A stretch of 64,000 bases of DNA, taken from contig NC_043023.1 of assembly GCF_006345805.1 (NCBI RefSeq), positions 15,066,001 through 15,130,000 of the forward strand, read 5' to 3'. Origin of the DNA: Octopus sinensis (taxonomy: Eukaryota). The notes below the pieces were generated by a model. That model was not told the DNA's origin. It ran no database searches and worked only from the letters and a program-made list of their open reading frames with translations. Of this stretch, positions 1 to 44,643 are shown piece by piece; within the stretch, counting starts at the first letter, position 1; each line of letters starts with the position of its first letter. The position numbers and the translations under genes are program-made.

Positions 1-270
1 TGGATGCCCTTCCTAACACCAACCACTCCGTGAGTGTAGTGGGTGCTTTTTACATGCCACTGGCACAGGGACCAGAGGAGACTGGCAACGGCCACAATCG
101 GATGGTGCTTTTTACGTGCCACCGGCACTGAGGCCAGTCGGAGCGGCGCTGGCAACGGCCACGTTCGGATGGTTCTCTTATGTGCCACCAGCACTGGTAT
201 CACAGCTGCAATTTCCATTGATGTTGATCGATTTCGATTTTGATCTTCACTTGCCTCAACAGGTCTTCAT
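1..270 (-). mobile_element. 5'-truncated copy of the RTE 3' UTR (abundant family)
   Basis: Matches the reverse complement of about 5560-5820. Other copies lie near 15667-15890(+), 18333-18785(-), 22722-23240(-), 25708-25987(-), 33520-33808(+), 36329-36475(+), 36905-37465(-), 42977-43370(-), 49788-49990(+), 53265-53580(-), 58348-58660(+) and 62865-63200(-). Confidence 0.85.
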
Positions 271-903
271 TCACAGACATTTTTTAAAATTTTTTTATTT
301 TATCTTTCATTTCAGCTTGACTGTGGTATCCATCCAGGATTGAATGGTTTCGCATCTTTGCCTTTTTTGGATCTTGTGGAGGTCGAGGAAGTTGACCTTC
401 TTCTTGTCAGCCAGTAAGTGAACTTTGACCTTTTATTGCCAGTTATTTCAAGTGTAGTGAAGTGATTTGCTTCTCAACTATGCCTTTTAACCCTTTTGAT
501 ACCAACCCGGCTGAAACCAGCTCTGACTCTGTAGTACAAATGTCTTATTTTCAAAAATTCTGCATTAAAATCTTCCACCAAACCTTAGTCACAATTTATG
601 TTCCTAACACTAGCTGAATGATAACTAAGTTATTTTACTAAATTCTGTGTTATATTTAAAATTAATTGAAAGAAATAGAGAGCATTTAGACAGAAATATT
701 AGAACAAAAGGGTTAAAATATATAATAGAGAAACAATTCTTAACCCTTTTGATACCAACCTTGCTAAAACCGCCTCTGGCTCTGAGTACAAATGTCTTGT
801 TTTCATAAGTTTTGAATTAAAATTTTCCACCAAACCTTAGTCACAATTTATGGTTTCTGACACTAGCTTAATGATAACTAAGTTATTTTACTAAATTCTT
901 TGT

Positions 904-2177
904 TCTCCTACCACATCACGATTCTCTCTCAAACACTGTCTTGCAACACGAAACACCTCCAGTCTTTGGTCCTCACGGCGCAGAACATTGGCAAATTTTT
1001 TCTTATCTGCTTCCCCTCTGGCTAAATAAACCTGTCTCCTAGCTTCTCTTTTGGCAGTCTGATACAATTCCCTGCTACCCCATTTTTCCAGACCTTCCAA
1101 GCCTGTCTCTTTTCTCTAATAGCCCTGTCTACAATATTGTTCCACCACCACGTTATTCTAGGTCGAGAGGGGACTTTGCACCAGCCACAGATCTGGTCAG
1201 TGGCTCTCAGCAGGTTGTCCCTTAGAAACGTCCAGCTGTCTTCTACCCCCTGTGATGCTCTATCCCCTTCTACTTCGTCAGAGGCTTCAAGTAATATGTC
1301 CCTAAATCTCTGTCCATTTGCAGGATCTTTAAGCTTCCAGATCCTTCTTCTCCATATTTGTCGTCTTCTGGTTGTCCTCCTAGTCCTGATCCTAAAGTCA
1401 CTAACTACCAGTCTATGTTGTGGGGTACATTCTTCACTTGGGAAGGTTTTGGCATTTATAAGCAGCCATCTCTCCCTTTGCCTTGTAAGGATGTAGTCAA
1501 TTTGGCTGGTATGTTGGCCCGATTGGTAAGTGACTAGGTGGCTGGTAGGTTTCCTGAAGTTAGTGTTGCAAATCATAAGATTATTTGCATCGCAGAACTC
1601 CAGCAGCCTGGTTCCCTCCTCGTTGCGGGAGCCATAGCCATAGCCTCCATGTACGCCATGGAAGCCCCCAGCATGTCGTCCAACGTGACCATTGAAGTCA
1701 CCAGCCACAAAGATAAGGTCTCTGTCGTTCGTCAATGAGGTAGTCTGCAGTAGAGTGTCATAGAATCGGTCTTTCTGTCCATCGGGTAGCCCCGACTGAG
1801 GAGCATAGGCTGATATAATGGTTGCTAAACTATGATGAAGCACTAATCTAATCTTAAGTATTCTGTCACTTACTCTGATTACCTCAATTACTTTATCTAC
1901 CCATTTCTCAGCGATAAGTATACCCACGCCACCAACCCCGTCAGTGTTCCTGCCCAGAAAATCTTGTACCTGCGTTCCTTGCCTGTGAGGAACCTAGCTG
2001 ATCCTCCTCTCCACCTTATTTCTTGCATGCAACATATATCCACACATCTCCGTTCAAGCATCTCGACTATCTCACCAGACCTACCTTTCAGAGTGCCAAC
2101 GTTGAGGGTGCCAACCCTGAGGGTGTGGAAGGCATGGGCTCTAGAGACCCTGGGACGGTGGACAGTAGCTTCGTGTA
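904..2177 (-). mobile_element. Inverted duplicate of the RTE 5' segment (reverse complement of 2262-3536)
   Basis: Line-by-line comparison shows the arms differ by 3 single-base indels and 1 substitution over about 1275 bp. Confidence 0.97.
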
Positions 2178-5100
2178 GCGTTATGCAGGTTGTACTGAAG
2201 GCTACTTTACTACTTCATTTCTTGCACATGAATTCTGCCAAATGCGAGCTTTCTTTTCAGGTACACGAAGCTACTGTCCACCGTCCCAGGGTCTCTAGAG
2301 CCCATGCCTTCCACACCCTCAGGGTTGGCACCCTCAACGTTGGCACTCTGAAAGGTAGGTCTGGTGAGATAGTCGAGATGCTTGAACGGAGATGTGTGGA
2401 TATATGTTGCATGCAAGAAATAAGGTGGAGAGGAGGATCAGCTAGGTTCCTCACAGGCAAGGAACGCAGGTACAAGATTTTCTGGGCAGGGAACACTGAC
2501 GGGGTTGGTGGCGTGGGTATACTTATCGCTGAGAAATGGGTAGATAAAGTAATTGAGGTAATCAGAGTAAGTGACAGAATACTTAAGATTAGATTAGTGC
2601 TTCATCATAGTTTAGCAACCATTATATCAGCCTATGCTCCTCAGTCGGGGCTACCCGATGGACAGAAAGACCGATTCTATGACACTCTACTGCAGACTAC
2701 CTCATTGACGAACGACAGAGACCTTATCTTTGTGGCTGGTGACTTCAATGGTCACGTTGGACGACATGCTGGGGGCTTCCATGGCGTACATGGAGGCTAT
2801 GGCTATGGCTCCCGCAACGAGGAGGGAACCAGGCTGCTGGAGTTCTGCGATGCAAATAATCTTATGATTTGCAACACTAACTTCAGGAAACCTACCAGCC
2901 ACCTAGTCACTTACCAATCGGGCCAACATACCAGCCAAATTGACTACATCCTTACAAGGCAAAGGGAGAGATGGCTGCTTATAAATGCCAAAACCTTCCA
3001 GGTGAAGAATGTACCCCACAACATAGACTGGTAGTTAGTGACTTTAGGATCAGGACTAGGAGGACAACCAGAAGACGACAAATATGGAGAAGAAGGATCT
3101 GGAAGCTTAAAGATCCTGCAAATGGACAGAGATTTAGGGACATATTACTTGAAGCCTCTGACGAAGTAGAAGGGGATAGAGCATCACAGGGGGTAGAAGA
3201 CAGCTGGACGTTTCTAAGGGACAACCTGCTGAGAGCCACTGACCAGATCTGTGGCTGGTGCAAAGTCCCCTCTCGACCTAGAATAACGTGGTGGTGGAAC
3301 AATATTGTAGACAGGGCTATTAGAGAAAAGAGACAGGCTTGGAAGGTCTGGAAAAATGGGGGTAGCAGGGAATTGTATCAGACTGCCAAAAGAGAAGCTA
3401 GGAGACAGGTTTATTTAGCCAGAGGGGAAGCAGATAAGAAAAAATTTGCCAATGTTCTGCGCCGTGAGGACCAAAGACTGGAGGTGTTTCGTGTTGCAAG
3501 ACAGTGTTTGAGAGAGAATCGTGATGTGGTAGGAGAGAAGTGTGTTCGCATGGAAGATGGTTCACTTGCGCTAAATGAGGATGCGAAGAGAGAGGTTTGG
3601 AGATGCCACTATGAAAGGTTGCTGAATGAAGAAAATGAATGGGATAAAGAGAGTCTGCCGAATGTTGACCCAACAGAGGGACCAGCTATCCGAGTTGATA
3701 GTTCTGTGGTAGCTAAGGCAATTAGAAGCATGAAGACAGGGAAAGCCCCAGGCCCATCAGGAATCACTGCAGAGATGCCAAAATGTCTGGTAGTGTCGGC
3801 TATAGCCTAGTCACCCATATAGTTAATCAGGTGATACACAAAGGGGTCATACCCAATGACTGGTGTAGCAGTATAATAGTCAACTGCTACAAAGGTAAAG
3901 GTGATGCCCTAGATACAAATAACTACAGAGGTATCAAGCTGTTGGACCAGGTGATGAAGGTTACGGAGAGGGTCATAGCCCAACTAATTAGAGAGAGAGT
4001 TAGTTTAGATGAGATGCAGTTTGGGTTTGTGCCAGGGAAAAGTACTACTGATGCTATATTCCTGGTAAGGCAGCTGCAGGAGAAATACCTAGCCAAAGAT
4101 AAGCCCCTGTACCTGGCTTTTGTTGACATGGAGAAAGCCTTCGACAGGGTCCCCCGATCCCTTATCTGGTGGGCAATGAGAAAACTAGGGATAGATGAAT
4201 GGTTAGTGAGAGCTGTGCGGGCCATGTATAGGGACGCCGCTAGTAGGGTGAGGGTTGGAAATGAGTACAGTGAAGAATTCCGGGTAGAGGTAGGGGTCCA
4301 CCAAGGCTCAGTACTCAGCCCCCTCCTATTTATCATAGTCCTCCAGGCAATAACGGAGGAATTCAAGACAGGATGCCCTTGGGAGCTCCTCTATGCTGAT
4401 GACCTTGCTCTAATTGCTGAGTCGCTATCAGAACTGGAGGAGAAGTTTCAGGTGTGGAAACAAGGATTAGAATCGAAGGGCCTCAGAGTCAATCTAGCTA
4501 AAACCAAAGTCGTAATCAGTAGGAAGGTAGACAAATCACAAACACCTTCAGGTAGATGGCCCTGCTCGATCTGTAGAAAAGGTGTAGGTAGAAACTCTAT
4601 AAGATGCACCAAGTGTAAGCTATGGACACATAAGAGATGCAGCAATGTCAAAGGAAGGCTAACTAGGAAGATGGTTTTGTATGTGGCAGATGCTCAGGAA
4701 CAATAAACACTGAAAATGCTCTGAGACCAACTTCCGTCACTTTCCAGGGAGAAAAACTAGAAATAGTTGATAGTTTCCGTTACCTAGGTGACCAAGTCAG
4801 CAGCGGGGGTGGGTGTGCTGAAAGTGTAACTGCTAGAGTAAGAATAGCTTGGGCAAAGTTCAGAGAGCTCTTACCTCTGCTGGTGACAAAAGGCCTCTCG
4901 CACAGAGTGAAAGGCAGACTGTATGATGCGTGTGTACGAACAGCCATGCTACATGGCAGTGAAACATGGGCCGTGACTGCTGAGGATATGCGTAAGCTCG
5001 CTAGAAATGAAGCCAGTATGCTCCGATGGATGTGTAATGCCGGTACTCACACTCGGCAGAGTGTAAGTACCTTGAGAGAAAAGCTGGACCTAAGAAGCAT

Positions 5101-5948
5101 CAGTTGTGGTGTGCAAGAGAGACGTTTGCGCTGGTATGGTCATGTGGCGAGAATGGATGAAGATAGTTGTGTGAAAAAGTGCCACACCCTAGCGGTTGAG
5201 GGAACCTGTGGAAGAGGCAGACCCAGGAAAACCTGGGACGAGGTGGTGAAGCACGACCTTCGAACTTTAGGTCTCACTGAGGAAATGACTAGAGACCGAG
5301 ACCTCTGGAAGTGTGCTGTGCGCGAGAAGACCCGGCAGGACAAGTGAGTCCACAACCCGTGGCCTTCTACATGGGATGGAGCCAGCCTACGTATGCATAC
5401 CTTCCCTTCTTGGGACACAAAACTCTACTTGTGAAGACGTGTTGAGGCAAGTGAGGATCAGAATCGAAATCGATCAATGGAAATTGCGGATGTGCTACCA
5501 GTGCCGGTGGCATGTCGAAACTCTGCTTGTGAAGACCCATTGAGGCAAGTGAGGATCAGAATCGAAATCGATCAATGGAAATTGCAGATGTGTTACCAGT
5601 GCCGGTGGCATGTAAGAGAACTTTCCGTTTCGCGACCGTTGCCAGCACCGCCCCGTTTCGTGTCCGTTGCCAGCCTCGCCTGGCCCTCGTGCCGGTGGCA
5701 CATAAAAAGCACCATCCGTTCGTGGCCGTTTGCCAGCTCTGTCTGGCACCAGTGCGGGTGGCACGTAAAAAGCACCCACTACACTCACGGAGTGGTTGGC
5801 GTTAGGAAGGGCATCCAGCCGTAGAAACACTGCCAGATTTGACTGGGCCTGATGAAGCCTTCTGGCTTCACAGACCCCAGTAGAACCGTCCAACCCATGC
5901 TAGCATGGAAAACGGACGCTAAATGATGATGATGATGATGATGATGAT
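2178..5948 (+). mobile_element. RTE-clade LINE, near full-length ORF2 (APE endonuclease + RT), 3' UTR and (GAT)n tail
   Basis: APE motifs (TLNVGTL, CMQEIRW, AGDFNGHVG, SQIDYIL, QHRLVV) and RT motifs (QFGFVPG, GVHQGSVLSP, LYADDL, RLRWYGHV, GRGRPRKTW) across ORFs 1964-3034, 2971-3810, 3783-4706 and 4883-5347. Three 1-bp frameshifts near 2997, 3779 and 4676. Tail at 5924-5948. Confidence 0.95.
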
Positions 5949-6511
5949 TTAAGATTAATTGAAAGAAACACAGAGCATCTCAACAAAATACGTAACAAAA
6001 GGCTTAAAATATATAATAGAGAAACAATTCTTAACCCTTTTGATACCAACCCAGCTGAAACCAGCTCTGGCTCTGTAGTACAAATGTCTTATTTTAAAAA
6101 ATTCTGCATTAAAATCTCCCACCAAACCTTAGTCACAATTTATTTTCCTAACACTAGCTTAATGATAACTAAGTTATTTTACTAAATTCTTTGTTATATT
6201 TAAAATTAATTGAAAGAAACGCAGAGCATCTTAACAGAAATACAGTAATGAAAGGGTTAATCCTTCAGTATTCAGATTACTTTGTCAAATCTAAAGCTTA
6301 TTTATTAACATTGCATGGAATTAATCCTACCTTATCTCATTGCTTTGAGATTTTGATAATGCAATTCTTTATGTTTAGAATGAAATTGTAGGGTAGGCAC
6401 GAGAGGCTAGATCTGGCCTGTTTGAACATGAAGCAAATAGGATATCTGGCTCAATATGACCAGTTTGACCCTTTGGCTTTCAGGTTTCTCTGTCAAATGT
6501 AATTATTTTGA

Positions 6512-6916
6512 ACTAACAGTATCGCCCGGCGTTGCTCGGGTTTGTAAGGGAAATAACTATATAAGCATTTTTAGAGAGTTATAGCCAAAAAATAGCAAAA
6601 AAATGCATTAAAAATGGAATAAAAATTATGGTAATTTTTTTTTTAAATCGTTGACTCATTGTAGACATTTTTAGAGAGTTACTTCCCTTATATAATAGCG
6701 AAAAAATGCATTAAAATGGGAAAAAATTATGGTAAATTTTTTTTTAAATCGTAGACTCATCGTAGACGCGCACTAATACCCAGAAGGGCTCGATATGAAT
6801 CACGACTATAAGATACCCGGTTTTGGTTAAACTGCACCGCAAAATGTGGGAGTAGTTAGGAATCTAAATCATAGGAGACAGACAGCACACAACCTCACTT
6901 TTATATATATAAAGAT
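6512..6916 (+). mobile_element. Non-autonomous Helitron/Helentron-like element (second copy 44726-45098)
   Basis: Starts ACTA(A/G)CAGTATCGCCCGGCGTTGCTCGGG and ends TTTTATATA(TATAA/GAG)AGAT; no TSD seen. The family assignment rests on terminal-motif resemblance only. Confidence 0.55.
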
Positions 6917-7360
6917 TAGTCCTTAATTATGTTATAGCTTCAAGATTTCAATGACATGATTGTGTATTTCTGAATAGCAGTGTAGGGTCAGCATGAGAAG
7001 TCAGATCTGGTCAGTTTGAGCATAAAACGGGTTGAATATTTGTGTCGGGTATGGCTAGCTTAAATACTAAATGGAAATGTGTGTGTGTATGTGTGTGTAT
7101 ATTGGTTCTGTACCAACTTGGATTATGAATTAAAGTTTATAAGGTGCCACACAGTGGGATTGAAATCAGAACCGTGTGATTGGGGAGCAAGCTTCTTACC
7201 ACACAGCCATGCCTGCACCTATATATGTGTGTGTGTACAACAGGCTTCTTTCAGTTTCCATCTACCAAATTCGCTCTGCCCAAGTTGACATGCAGTGGGA
7301 CTGAACCCAGAACCATGTGGTCCGGATGCAAACTTCATACCACACAGCCATGCCTGCACC

Positions 7361-7391
<31 letters not shown>

Positions 7392-7778
7392 ACAACAGGC
7401 TTCTTTCAGTTTCCACCTACCAAATCCATTCACAAGGCTTTGGCTGACCTGAGGCTACAGTAGAAGACACTTGTCCAAGGTTCTATGCAGTGGGATTGAA
7501 TCCAGAACCATGTGGTTGGTAAGCAAGCTACTTACCACTCAGCCATGCCTGCACCTATATATATATATGTGTGTGTACAACAGGCTTCTTTCAGTTTCCA
7601 TCTTCCAAATTCGCTCTGCCCAAGTTGACATGCAGTGGGACTGAACCCAGAACCATGTGGTCCGGATGAAAACTTCATACCAAACACTCACGCCTGCACC
7701 TATAACATATGCTAACAGTGATGTTGATGATGATGATGATAACAGCTTTTATTGTTATTGTTCTCTTATTTTTTTCAG

Positions 7779-40897
<33,119 letters not shown>

Positions 40898-40947
40898 CAA
40901 AGGAGGAGATAACACACATACACACACACTATGTTATACATCAAATA

Positions 40948-41746
40948 GGATCTTTTCCTTTTGAACGGCAATTTGTAACATAATTTCTAGGTAACTAAAA
41001 AGTTTTAAAATTCATATACTGGTAGAATGTGTTTATAAAACATCATTTTTTTCTTGGCTTTATTGAGAAAATTCTATACTTTGTAACATAATTCATCTTT
41101 AATTTTGAGCATTTCAGAAATTTCGACCAATCAATGACGTCTATTGAGGTGAAATCATTCTGTGCCATATGAATATGTCCCTCATTTAAGAAACAGATTG
41201 AGTTTATTTACATTTGCGAAGAAAAAAGATACCCTTCCCCCCACCCCTAACCCTAACCCTAAAACAGATTGAAATGCAATAGATCGATACTAGGGTTATA
41301 ATTATGGGTGACAATTTTATACGACACCGCTACGGAAAATGGGATTTTTTTCTAGCGGTGTCAAAGGAAAATGTCACCCATAATTATAACCCTAGTATTG
41401 ATCTATTGCATTTCAATCTATTTTAGATTTAGGGTTAGTCAGGGTTAGGGGTAGGGGAAGAGTATCTTCTTTTCTTCGCAAATGTAAATAAACCCAATCT
41501 GTTTCTTAAACGAGGGACATATTCATACAGCATGGAATGTTTTCACCTCAATAGACGTCATTGATTGGTTGAAATTGCAGAAATGCTCGAAATTAAAGAC
41601 GAAATATCTTACAAACTATAGAATTTTCTCAATAAAGCCAAGAGAAAAGGATATTTTATAAACACATTCTACCAGTATACGAAGTTTAAAAGTGTTTAGT
41701 TAACTAGAAATTGTGTTGACATGTACCGTTCAAGAGGAAAAGATCC
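40948..41746. mobile_element. Foldback MITE of the same family, 51 bp after the CPSF3 stop
   Basis: Same TIR; exact 9-bp TSD catcaaata (40939-40947, 41747-41755); imperfect arms of about 385 bp centred near 41342. Confidence 0.85.
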
Positions 41747-42345
41747 CATCAAATATGCTGTTCCCATTATGACCACCCCCACCAAGTCAACAACAAGATC
41801 TACTGGAGTCGAACCAAAGGGTGATGTGAAAGGAGACAACCAAGGCTGATGCGATTCTTTGCTGAAGTGAGACTAAAAACACCTGGCACAGACACACACA
41901 CATACACATTCACACGCACACCTGAATGTGTATATGCACATACATATATTAGCACATATTTGGAATATATACGTAAAACTGCGTCTGTACATGTGCATAT
42001 GCGTGTGAGTGTGTGTGTGTGTGTGTATATATTTGACGTGGGTTCGATTCCTGGACCGGGTGTTGCGTTCTTGAGCAAGGCACTTCATTTCACGTTGCTC
42101 TGCGATCATTTCGACACCTGACATGTGGCACCTGTTTTGCACCTGTACAGGTAATATCGATCTGATGGCGGGAATGAGCTTGTGTCTACACAGACATTTG
42201 ATCACTATAAACAAATCATATGTGTGGTTGTTCGGTAAGAAATTGTCGAACCTTCATACGTCATCTAACAACGGGAGAGTCCATCACATATAAAATAATA
42301 TAATATATATATATAAACATATATATATGTATGTATATATATATG

Positions 42346-42376
<31 letters not shown>

Positions 42377-42484
42377 ATACATATATATATGAATATATAT
42401 ATATATATATAAATATATATATGTATATATATATGTTTGTGTATATATATATATATATGTTTGTGTGTGTATATATATATATTA

Positions 42485-42515
<31 letters not shown>

Positions 42516-43436
42516 GTTTGTGTATATATATATGTATATATATATATATGTTTGTGTATATATATATCTATGTATATATACATGTTTGTGTGTGTGTGTG
42601 CATGTATATATAGTTCTTGTATATGTATTGTTCTTGTCTGTCTTTTTTACTATACGTGTTTTATATATATATTACCTTGAAGCAATTAAAGAAATTGAAC
42701 AATTTAATAAAAGAATATAATTAATTATAAAAATGGGTGTATTTCATTTTTTTAGTCTATCTTTATGTGTTATAAACTCTTTTACTGAATTGTGAATGCT
42801 GAACCTTCTGGAGATGACAGACGACCGAGATATGTGGTGCATTACTGTACTGGAGAAGACCTTCCCATCACAACAGAATTGAGATCCTGAAACCAAGGTG
42901 TCACTTAAAAAACATTGGTGTAGGTGTTGCTGCCATGTGAAAAACACTTGTGCTGGTGTCGCATAAAAAGCATTGGTGATCATCATCATCATCGTTTAAC
43001 GTCCGCTTTCCATGCTAGCATGGGTTGGACGATTTGACTGTGAACCAGATGGCTACACCAGGCTCCAATATTATCTGGCAGAGTTTCTACAGCTGGATGC
43101 CCTTCCTAATGCCAACCACTCTGAGAGTGTAGTGGGTGCTTTTACGTGCCACCGGCACAAGGGCCAGTTAGGTGGTACTGGCAATGGCCACACTCAAATG
43201 GTGCTTTTTATGTGCCACCTGCATAGGAGCCAATCTGGTGTTACATAAAAAGCACTGGTGATGGTGCCATGTAAAAAACCTGCAGTCCACTCTAAAGTGG
43301 TTGGTGTTAGGAAAAGCATCCAGCTGTAGAAACCAAGCCAAAAATAGACTATGGAACCTGGTTCAGCCTCTGGCCTTATCAGTTACTCGTACACTTGACA
43401 ATGAGTCCACTGCATCTTGTAGCAGGAACAGCAGTA

Positions 43437-44430
43437 AGCTGCAAGCTGGCAGAATCGTTAGCACGCCGGGAGAAATGCTTAGCGGTATTTCGTCTGCCGT
43501 TACGTTCTGAGTTCAAATTCTGCCGAGGTCGACTTTGCCTTTCATCCTTTCGGGGTCGATTAAATAAGTACCAGTTACGCACTGGGGTCGATGTTATCGA
43601 CTTAATACCTATGTCTGTCCTTGTTTGTCCCCTCTATGTTTAGCCCCTTGTGGGTAGTAAAGAAATAGGCATTTCGTCTGCCGTTACGTTCTGAGTTCAA
43701 ATTCCACCGAGGTCGACTTCGCATTTCATCCTTTCGGGGTCGATAAATTAAGTACCAGTTACGCACTGGGGTCGATCTAATCGACTTAATCTCCTTGTCC
43801 TTGTTTGTCCCCTCTATGTTTAGCCCCTTGTGGGCAATAAAGAAATAAGAGATGTTAGGATGTCAGGCGAAATGCTTAGCAGTATTTCGTCTGCTGCTAC
43901 GTTCTGAGTTCAAATTCCACCAAAGTCAACTTTGCCTTTCGTCTTTCCGGTGTTGATTAAATAAGTACCATATTTCTTTACTACCCACAAGGGGCTAAAC
44001 ACAGAGAGGACAGACATAGGTATTAAGTCGATTATATCGACCCCAGTGCGTAACTGGTACTTAATTTATCGACCACGAAAGGATGAAAGGCAAAGTCGAC
44101 CTCAGCAGAATTTGAACTCAGAACGTAACGGCAGACGAAATACCTATTTCTTTACTACCCACAAGGGGCTAAACACAGAGGAGACAAACAAGGACAGACA
44201 TCGACCCCGAAAGGATGAAAGGCAAAGTCAACCTCGGCGGAATTTGAACTCAGAACGTAACGACAGACGAAATACAGCTAAGCATTTCACCCGGCATGCT
44301 AACGTTTCTGCCAGCACGCCGCCTTATTAAATAAGTACCAGTTACGCACTGGGGTCGATATAATCGACTTTATCCCTTTGTTTGTCTCCTCTATGTTTAG
44401 CCCCTTGTGGGCAGTAAAGAAATAAGAAAC
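43437..44430. mobile_element. Cluster of SINE family D (also 15933-16163, 37800-38335, 38675-39060)
   Basis: Repeated gagctggcagaaacgttagc...gttcaaattcc...gcctttcatcctttcggggtcgataaa unit in both orientations. Confidence 0.75.
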
Positions 44431-44594
44431 AGCTGTAAGCTAAGGAAGTTCAGATGAAAGTTGTTTATTCTTTTGTCATGCTCTTTACTCTTTACTCTTT
44501 TACTTGTTTCAGTCATTTGACTGCGGCCATGCTGGAGCACCGCCTTTAATTTACTTAAAAGATTCAGTAATCTTTCGGCTACCAAATAAACTGA

Positions 44595-44643
<49 letters not shown>

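Larger units (their letters stand above)
487..6260. mobile_element. Three tandem piggyBac-like MITEs (491-712; 744-6003, split by the LINE; 6035-6256)
   Basis: TTAA|CCCTTTT...AAAGGG|TTAA termini; an identical 23-bp spacer aatatataatagagaaacaattc at 717-739 and 6008-6030. Confidence 0.75.

Noticed and set aside
1964-2260. N-terminal part of ORF 1964-3034 as a real protein extension
   Set aside because: It reads through the inverted arm and loop of the fold-back, so it is a by-product of the rearrangement.
904-3536. Classical twin-priming 5' inversion
   Set aside because: Twin priming gives non-overlapping inverted and forward parts; here 1.27 kb is present twice.
5845-5875. CTGATGA-AGCC-TTCT-GGCT as a hammerhead
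   Set aside because: No GAAA or helix III follows, and other copies of this RTE 3' UTR read cctggtgcagcc at this position.
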